A program made the position numbers and the translations under genes. A stretch of DNA of 64,000 nucleotides from Promethearchaeota archaeon. Lineage in GTDB: Archaea > Asgardarchaeota > Lokiarchaeia > Sigyniarchaeales > SOKP01. The notes beneath the pieces were generated by a model. That model saw only the letters and a list, made by a program, of their open reading frames with translations. It made no database searches and was not told where the DNA came from. Positions 57,311 to 64,000 of this stretch are shown piece by piece. The stretch spans positions 32,001 through 96,000 of the forward strand of contig JBHLNS010000003.1 in the NCBI GenBank assembly GCA_048941285.1, written 5' to 3'. Within the stretch, counting starts at the first letter, position 1. Each line of letters opens with the position of its first letter.

Positions 57311-58597
57311 ATGACAAAAAATAATTTTCAACACCCTTCAAAGGATATAACAGAAAGTAAAGGTACTATTCTTAGAGGTAAAACCATTTGTATGTGTTTA
57401 ACTGGATCAGTAGCAGTAATATCCTCTCCTATTGTAGCGCGAGAGCTTATGAGATTAGGAGCTGAAGTAATTTGTGTTATGTCTAAAGCTGCTACAGAAT
57501 TGATCAATCCTGCTTTAATGGAATGGGCAACAGGAAATAAAGTTATTACAAGATTAACGGGAGCGGTTGAACATGTTTATCTAGCAGGTGAAAGGCCTAA
57601 AACTGTTGGAAAAGCTGATTTAATCTTAATATGTCCCGCTACAGCAAATACAATTTCAAAAATAGCTTGTGGGATTGATGATACCCCGGTAACAACAATA
57701 GCTTCAACAGCATTTGGATCATCTTTACCTATTGTTATTGTACCTGCAATGCATGAGAGTATGTATAAACATCCTGTCTTAGAAAAAAATGAGCAACAAT
57801 TACGTGAATGTGGTGTAGATATATTAGGCCCTAGAATTTCTGAAGGTAAAGCTAAAATAGCAAAAATTGATGATATAATCGATAGGGTAATCGATTTATT
57901 AGTTACTAAGAAGGATTTGGATGGAAAGAAAATTCTCATTACTGCGGGGCCAACAAGAGAAGCAATAGATTCAGTTCGATTTGTTTCGAATAAGTCATCT
58001 GGAAAAATGGGTATTGAATTAGCTAAAGAAGCGTCTGCTAGAGGAGCTGATGTATTGTTAATTGCTGGTGAATGTACTGCAAAACTTCCAAATTATATAA
58101 AAACTAAACACGTCATTTCAACAGACGATTTTATCAATTCCGTGAAAGATGAAATCTCATTAAACAGTTATGATTTTTTCATTTCAGCGGCTGCGGTAAG
58201 CGATTACAAACCTACTGAATATATTGAAGGAAAAATTTCTACAGATAATGTAGAAGAGCTAAAAATTAATATGAGATTAACTCCTAAAATAATAAACGTT
58301 GCTAGAAAAAAGGACTATAACTTATTTATTGTAGCATTTAAAGCAGAAACTAATGTTTCTAAAAGTGAACTTATAGAACGTGCGTATAATAGACTCATTA
58401 AATCTGAAGTTGATTTGATTGTAGCAAATGATATTGGAAGAGAAGATATAGGATTTAATAGTAAATATAATGAAGTTTTCATTATAGATAAGAAAAAACA
58501 TATAACTCATGTTGAGAGAAATACTAAACGATATATTGCATCAAAAATAATAGATGTTGCTATTGAGGCATATCAAAAAAGAAATTCTTCAAATTAA
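57311..58597 (+). CDS. coaBC: Phosphopantothenoylcysteine decarboxylase/synthetase
   Basis: TGSVA, PATANT..K.A.G..D, PAMH..M, TAGPT.E.ID.VRF.SN.SSGKMG, AAVSD and VAND. Confidence 0.95.
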   Translation: MTKNNFQHPSKDITESKGTILRGKTICMCLTGSVAVISSPIVARELMRLGAEVICVMSKAATELINPALMEWATGNKVITRLTGAVEHVYLAGERPKTVGKADLILICPATANTISKIACGIDDTPVTTIASTAFGSSLPIVIVPAMHESMYKHPVLEKNEQQLRECGVDILGPRISEGKAKIAKIDDIIDRVIDLLVTKKDLDGKKILITAGPTREAIDSVRFVSNKSSGKMGIELAKEASARGADVLLIAGECTAKLPNYIKTKHVISTDDFINSVKDEISLNSYDFFISAAAVSDYKPTEYIEGKISTDNVEELKINMRLTPKIINVARKKDYNLFIVAFKAETNVSKSELIERAYNRLIKSEVDLIVANDIGREDIGFNSKYNEVFIIDKKKHITHVERNTKRYIASKIIDVAIEAYQKRNSSN

Positions 58598-58870
58598 GGT
58601 TTGTAAGAATTTTAAATAATATTTCCTAATATAAACCCGATGATTTTTATAATTTAATATTCGATGAAAATATTTAAATACTAATTTATTTACTGTAAAC
58701 AGTGAATATTATTATAAAATTCGAATAGATAATTAAAAACTATGAAATTTAGATATATATCATATATCTTATAGTTTTTTTAATTAATTTGCAAATAGAT
58801 GTATATATTTTTATAGATTGCTGTAATAAAGGTTTATTAAAGAATTTATCATACGAGTGCGTCTAAAATT

Positions 58871-61800
58871 ATGTCAAAAGAAGAAGGTAAAATTAAACAA
58901 GGCACAATAGCAGAGTACATGCGTAAGCGAACTCAACTAGTTGGTTTTGAATTTGGTTATTGGAAACATGTTCAATATTGTGCTGAATTTATTGATAATG
59001 CCTTAGACGCCATTGAAAGTTTTCAATGGAAAGAATTAAAAAAAACAGATTCTAAAATAAAATTCTCTTTGGATCAAGAATTATTCCTAGAAAAATTTTC
59101 TATTGTTGACACCGCTAAAGAAGAAAAAAAATCTCAACATTTAAATAATGGAGCAAAGCAAACATTAATGCAGGAGTTAGGTATTGAAATTATTGAACCA
59201 AATTCAAAAGATATTCAAGAATTAGAAGAAAAAGAGGAAGAATCTGAAGATGTAATTACCACGGAAGAATTAGAAGTAGAAGAGGAAGTTCAAAGAATAA
59301 TCGATGACATGCAAGAAATAATTAAACCCGTTGAAAATGTAATTGATGTAGAACCAATAGTAGTGGTTCGTATAAGAGAATATGAAGCACCCTCTTTTTT
59401 AACATCTGAAATCAGTCAAAAAAATATTATGAGTTATACATTTGAAATTTTTGATAACGGGACAGGAATGTCAAAAATTGATCTTAGAAAATTTGGGAGA
59501 TATCTTGCTTCTTCAAAATCTATGGAATTAAAACAAACTCGAGGTAGTCAAGGTTTTGGTGCCCCAAGCGCTTTTAGTGATGCTCAAAATACAACTGGCA
59601 AACCTGTTATCACAGTATCGAAGTCTGTCGACAATATTTATGCAACTGTAACAGAATTTTTTACGACTTCCAAAAATGAGAAAAAATATTTAATTCACCC
59701 AACTGATATTGACAGCTTTTTTCTTCATGGTACGTATATTAAACTAAATTATCTAAATGTAAAATATGTCAAAGGATTTGTTGAAAAATATATTGAAGAG
59801 ACTGCATTTATGAATCCTCATGTCACAATAATTTACATTGATCCTGAAGGGAAGGAAAAAATTTACCGAAGATTAGCTACATCTTTCCCAGATGAACCCA
59901 AATATGCTAAACCTCATCCTTCCTCGACAAATATAGGGGATCTACAAGATTTAATTACAAAATCAGAAAATAAATCAATTTCTGCATTTCTACAAGATAA
60001 TTTTGTAAGGATGAGTTCAAAAACAGCAAAAGAAATAGTAGACATTGCTGAAAGGGATTTACAGGATCAATTAAAACTCCTAATTTTAGAGGATGGATTT
60101 GTAAATATAGCAGAAAAGAAGACAGATGACATTAACTTCATGAGATATGAAAAACGGGTTTATGGACGTTCTGATAACCCCAGAGACAAATTAATTATTT
60201 ATCAAGTCGAATCAGAAGATTTAAAGGAGAAATATTGGAAATTAGTCAATAATTATAACAAATTCATTAAAGATTATGAAAAAATAAATAAAGAAATAAA
60301 GAAACTAAATAATCGCATTGAAAAAACTGAGACTCAAAAAGAAATAAAAAATATTGAGAAAGATATTAAAAAACTCTTAAACGAGATAGATACTATTAGA
60401 ACTCAAAAAGATAAAATCAAATTAGATTTGAATATATTGTTTAAAAATGCAAAAGAAGGATTAATTGAATTAAAAAAGTTAAAAAACAGAACAGATTTTG
60501 AAGATGTTCTCAATAAAGTTCTTATTTCAAAAGTAAAGCCAATTGAATTAACGAAAGAACAATTTAATTCTCTATTTCTAGCTTTTAAGTCTGTTAAGTA
60601 TATGGCACCTCCAACAGATACAGCAATTCCCGTAGGAGAATCAACTCTAGAAAATACTTTAATTAAAGAAATCGGATTAAGAATTTCAGAAAATATTGAT
60701 GATTTTGCAGGTCACGTTGAAAATGTTAACCAAACCTATGAATTATTACGCGAAGATAAAAAAAAAACCCCATTTGTAGAAAGTAATGAAATTGATGATG
60801 ATGCAATCAATAATATTTCAATACAGTCAGAAGAAGTTATCAATTTAAACTCAGAAATATTAGGAACTATTGACATTGTTGATGAAGTTATTGATCAAGA
60901 GCAAAAAAAGCAATACATCGATGACCTTATCCTTTATTCTGATACTGTTTCCATAGATACATACCAAACTGTATTTGAATATTTCATCGAGAATTATACA
61001 AAGGATGATGATTTTGTAGCTGCAGAAACTAGAGCTCCCACAAGTGGGAAAGGATTAGCTTATGTTGTTGAAGCTGTTATGGCATATTCAAGAAATCTAG
61101 AAGTACCCAAACGATCTAGGGATGTTTTATCTAGATTCGTAAATAGAACCCCAAAATTAAGAGATAGTGCAGACTGCGCAATCACCAAAGCAGTTCAATC
61201 AGTTAATTGGAAAAACTACAATCTCGATACATATGATAATAATTTACCAAAAGGACCAATTAAATTATTAGTTAATGTTTCCGGACCTTTTGTACATCTA
61301 ATGTTTAAATCCCAATCAAAAAACGCATTAGCTGATGATGAAGATTTAATTAAAGAAATTAAATATTGCTTGGAAGCAATAGGTAGAAGATTGAGAATAT
61401 ACATTAATAGAAAAGCAAGTCTTCATAAAAGTGAGAAAAGGGCTAGTTTAATAGAAAAATATATACCACTCTTTGTTAACAGCTTATATAATATTGCCTC
61501 TCAAGGCGAAAGTATACATAAATCAAAGCTGGATAAGAAAGAATTGGAGGACTTAATGAAGAATGCAATAGGTAAAAAACCAACTCCTATTTTGAAAGCT
61601 ACAGAACCAGTAGAAATTAAAGAAAAGGTAATTAAAGAAGAAAAAGTGATAGAAAAACCATCTGAATTACCCCCTGTTGATAAGGAGGTAGAATCTAAAA
61701 AAGAGCTATTTTCTGAGAAAACTCTTAAAAATTGGACAAAAAATGAGTTAATTGAATATTGTAATGAACATAATATTAACGTGTTATCAAAAGATACAAA

Positions 61801-62221
61801 AACTACTATTATTAGCAGAATTATTGAATCCTATAAAAAACCAATTGAAGTAAAACCTATAGAATTAAAAGTTCCAGAACCTCTTGAAGTAGGTCTTGAT
61901 ACAATACCAGGAAAACAAGTACAACTGCCAATTTCTAAAACAAAAGCTTCAACTATAGTATCTCCTAAAAGAATCCCTCCTAAATCTAAACCAAAACCAT
62001 CAAAACAAACCCAAACAACATTACCTATAATAACCACCGAAAAATTATTAAATGTTTTATCTTATGACTGGCAAACTATTAAACATCTTATTTTCAAATT
62101 AAAAATTAAAGATATGATGGATGCTCGGTATCTACAGCTTAAACTCAAGGAATTAGAACGAAAAGGACAAGTTCTAGTTGAATCAAAAATGGGTAAAAGA
62201 CAATGGAAATTGAAAAAGTAA
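58871..62221 (+). CDS. top6B: DNA topoisomerase VI subunit B with large insertions (1116 aa)
   Basis: EFIDNALDA, DNGTGM, QTRGSQGFG, KPHP and RFVNRTP; directly upstream of top6A. Confidence 0.92.
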   Translation: MSKEEGKIKQGTIAEYMRKRTQLVGFEFGYWKHVQYCAEFIDNALDAIESFQWKELKKTDSKIKFSLDQELFLEKFSIVDTAKEEKKSQHLNNGAKQTLMQELGIEIIEPNSKDIQELEEKEEESEDVITTEELEVEEEVQRIIDDMQEIIKPVENVIDVEPIVVVRIREYEAPSFLTSEISQKNIMSYTFEIFDNGTGMSKIDLRKFGRYLASSKSMELKQTRGSQGFGAPSAFSDAQNTTGKPVITVSKSVDNIYATVTEFFTTSKNEKKYLIHPTDIDSFFLHGTYIKLNYLNVKYVKGFVEKYIEETAFMNPHVTIIYIDPEGKEKIYRRLATSFPDEPKYAKPHPSSTNIGDLQDLITKSENKSISAFLQDNFVRMSSKTAKEIVDIAERDLQDQLKLLILEDGFVNIAEKKTDDINFMRYEKRVYGRSDNPRDKLIIYQVESEDLKEKYWKLVNNYNKFIKDYEKINKEIKKLNNRIEKTETQKEIKNIEKDIKKLLNEIDTIRTQKDKIKLDLNILFKNAKEGLIELKKLKNRTDFEDVLNKVLISKVKPIELTKEQFNSLFLAFKSVKYMAPPTDTAIPVGESTLENTLIKEIGLRISENIDDFAGHVENVNQTYELLREDKKKTPFVESNEIDDDAINNISIQSEEVINLNSEILGTIDIVDEVIDQEQKKQYIDDLILYSDTVSIDTYQTVFEYFIENYTKDDDFVAAETRAPTSGKGLAYVVEAVMAYSRNLEVPKRSRDVLSRFVNRTPKLRDSADCAITKAVQSVNWKNYNLDTYDNNLPKGPIKLLVNVSGPFVHLMFKSQSKNALADDEDLIKEIKYCLEAIGRRLRIYINRKASLHKSEKRASLIEKYIPLFVNSLYNIASQGESIHKSKLDKKELEDLMKNAIGKKPTPILKATEPVEIKEKVIKEEKVIEKPSELPPVDKEVESKKELFSEKTLKNWTKNELIEYCNEHNINVLSKDTKTTIISRIIESYKKPIEVKPIELKVPEPLEVGLDTIPGKQVQLPISKTKASTIVSPKRIPPKSKPKPSKQTQTTLPIITTEKLLNVLSYDWQTIKHLIFKLKIKDMMDARYLQLKLKELERKGQVLVESKMGKRQWKLKK

Positions 62222-62222
62222 T

Positions 62223-63416
62223 ATGGTAGATAATATGGCTAAAAAAGAAAATAAAAAAGAATTACAGGCAGCGAGAGAATTATTTAATTCTTATTTAGAA
62301 AAAGGTAAAGAAGAAAAACTTTTCGAATTACCAAATGGTACTGTTAAAATTGATGATCTTAACAGAAAGCAAACTGTTGAGAGATTATATAAATTAGTGG
62401 ATAACGTTATTACGCAAATTTATAACTCAGGTCGTCCATCAATTCATCTTCCTGCAAGAACAAGTTCTAACATAATATGGGATGAAGAAAATGATCTTTT
62501 ACTTTTAGGTGAACAGATTGTAGAAAAACAATTTCATACTCTAACAAGTGTAGCAGATATTACAAGATTAATGCGTGTTCTTGAGATAGTAAACGAGTTA
62601 TTAGGAAAGGATATCCACGCTACAAAAAGGGAAATTTTCTATACGGATGTCAAATTATTCACAGAACAGAAGAATAGTGATAAAACCATCGAAGATGTGG
62701 CTACAATGTTATATACTACTAGAAATGCAACTCATATAGTCGCTTCTGCAAAAGGAATGTGTGTTGGAAGACTCAGAATAAGAGATCGAAATGATATAAT
62801 AGATCTTGAAGGTTTAGGCAGTGGAGGTTGGATGATATCACCTATGTTAGATAATATAGAAATAATAGAATCAGATGCAGAATTTATATTAGTAGTAGAA
62901 AAGGATGCTGCTATGATACGTTTAGCGGAAGATAGGTTTTGGAGGAAATATCCTTGTATTATACTTACAGCGAAAGGAGCAGCAGATATTGCTACGCGCA
63001 TGTTCCTAAAGCGTTTAAGTAAAGAATTGAAGTTACCTGTTTTTAGTTTAGTAGATAGCGACCCATATGGGCATTATATTCATAGTGTTTATTTAAGGGG
63101 GTCAAAAAGATTAAGTTACGAATCTCCTTTCTTAGCTACTCCAAATATTAAATTACTTGGCGTTTTGACACGAGATCTCGATAAATATAATATCCCAGAA
63201 GAAGTGAGACTCCCTATGAAACCAATGGATATTAAACGAACCAAGGAATTATTAAATGAAGATTTCGTCAAAAAGAATAAACACTGGGAGACTGATTTAA
63301 AATTGGCTCTAAAAATTAAAAAAAAAGCGGAAATTCAAGCTCTTTCGCAACATGGATTTGAATTTCTCACAAATATTTACCTTCCAGAAAAATTAACAAC
63401 TGGTGATTGGATATAA
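62223..63416 (+). CDS. top6A: DNA topoisomerase VI subunit A
   Basis: TKREIFY (catalytic Tyr), VVEKDA, DSDPYG and KAEIQAL. Confidence 0.95.
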   Translation: MVDNMAKKENKKELQAARELFNSYLEKGKEEKLFELPNGTVKIDDLNRKQTVERLYKLVDNVITQIYNSGRPSIHLPARTSSNIIWDEENDLLLLGEQIVEKQFHTLTSVADITRLMRVLEIVNELLGKDIHATKREIFYTDVKLFTEQKNSDKTIEDVATMLYTTRNATHIVASAKGMCVGRLRIRDRNDIIDLEGLGSGGWMISPMLDNIEIIESDAEFILVVEKDAAMIRLAEDRFWRKYPCIILTAKGAADIATRMFLKRLSKELKLPVFSLVDSDPYGHYIHSVYLRGSKRLSYESPFLATPNIKLLGVLTRDLDKYNIPEEVRLPMKPMDIKRTKELLNEDFVKKNKHWETDLKLALKIKKKAEIQALSQHGFEFLTNIYLPEKLTTGDWI

Positions 63417-63802
63417 AACTATTTTATAAAGAAAACGGTAGTATTGTTCAGCTTATTGAAATGGAAAAAATTCAAGAATGGCCATTAGAATTGCCGTTTA
63501 TTTTCGTTGAGTATATAAAAAGTAATAAAATTAGATCTTATAGAGATGCGAAAGTAGAAGCTGAAGTTTCAAAATATCTGAATGAAATTTTAACCAAAAT
63601 AGCAATTCCAAAAATTAAAGACATTTTCGAAACTTCTAATCAAGAAGAAATTCTCTCTACTCTTTCTATTTTTGAAGAACTTTCAGAAACAAATTCTAGA
63701 GCTGTGAAACCAATTGAAAATATGCTTGAAAATTTAGTAAAACAAACTGATAAAAAAATTGGATCAAAAGCTCAAAAAATTCTTACTAATATCAAAAAAT
63801 AA
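63407..63802 (+). CDS. Hypothetical protein with HEAT-like C-terminus (start may be ATA 63413)
   Basis: 131-aa ORF overlapping the top6A stop; ends in an amphipathic helix pair. Confidence 0.6.
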   Translation: MDIKLFYKENGSIVQLIEMEKIQEWPLELPFIFVEYIKSNKIRSYRDAKVEAEVSKYLNEILTKIAIPKIKDIFETSNQEEILSTLSIFEELSETNSRAVKPIENMLENLVKQTDKKIGSKAQKILTNIKK

Positions 63803-63889
63803 ACCAAAAAATAAGTAATAAATAAAGATTAATAGAATTGAAAACTATTTCTTCTAAAAAATATAAATTCTATATTAAAATTGAAATTT

Positions 63890-64000
63890 ATGAAATGGAA
63901 CCAAGAGAATTTCAATGAATTTATAAAAATAAATAATGTAGTTGGCTTTTTTGATGAACCAATAAAACTTAACTCTGGAAGGTTATCTTATTGGTATGTA
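63890..64000 (+). CDS. Partial orotate-phosphoribosyltransferase-like gene running off the window
   Basis: MKWNQENFNEFIKINNVVGFFDEPIKLNSGRLSYWYV; L.SGR.S..Y is the PyrE N-terminal motif. Confidence 0.6.
   Translation, partial: MKWNQENFNEFIKINNVVGFFDEPIKLNSGRLSYWYV

Noticed and set aside
59020-61000. Inteins in top6B
   Set aside because: The inserts lack Cys/Ser starts, His-Asn ends and LAGLIDADG motifs.
1363-63001. Short ORFs antisense to or nested in long genes (e.g. 2166-2357, 12836-13129, 25410-25751, 43308-43607, 53112-53459, 57577-57939)
   Set aside because: They are shadows of well-supported genes, with no motifs of their own.

Overview
AT-rich archaeal chromosomal window, most consistent with an Asgard archaeon (Lokiarchaeia-like). 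It has archaeal core genes (tgtA, trm5, rpp30/pop5, rpl15e, smc-scpA-scpB, valS, coaBC, top6B/top6A) plus eukaryote-signature-type genes: a roadblock protein, a Rag-like GTPase, a longin/uDENN protein and an EMC6-like membrane protein. RNA genes are tRNA-Arg(UCU), tRNA-Ala(CGC) with a 30-nt intron at non-canonical position 32/33, and a C/D-box guide sRNA. No CRISPR array, transposase or integrase was seen. Main points of interest: (1) a 1483-aa SMC with no recognisable hinge, whose arms are built from about 97-aa and 90-aa tandem repeats, preceded by an ATPase-degenerate Orc1/Cdc6 and followed by a kleisin with a hidden SAP/HeH-like N-terminus; (2) a FLCN/SMCR8/NPRL2-like longin protein with an intact 'ARG' arginine-finger motif 1.8 kb from a Rag-like GTPase; (3) a C/D sRNA whose D guide predicts P-loop Gm2251 methylation; (4) several genes that appear to start at ATT/ATA codons, including a pop5 missing from the ORF track; (5) two unannotated zinc-ribbon microproteins and a 10-codon ORF beside an MFS plus B12-radical-SAM pair. 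All family assignments come from reading motifs by eye; no database searches were run.
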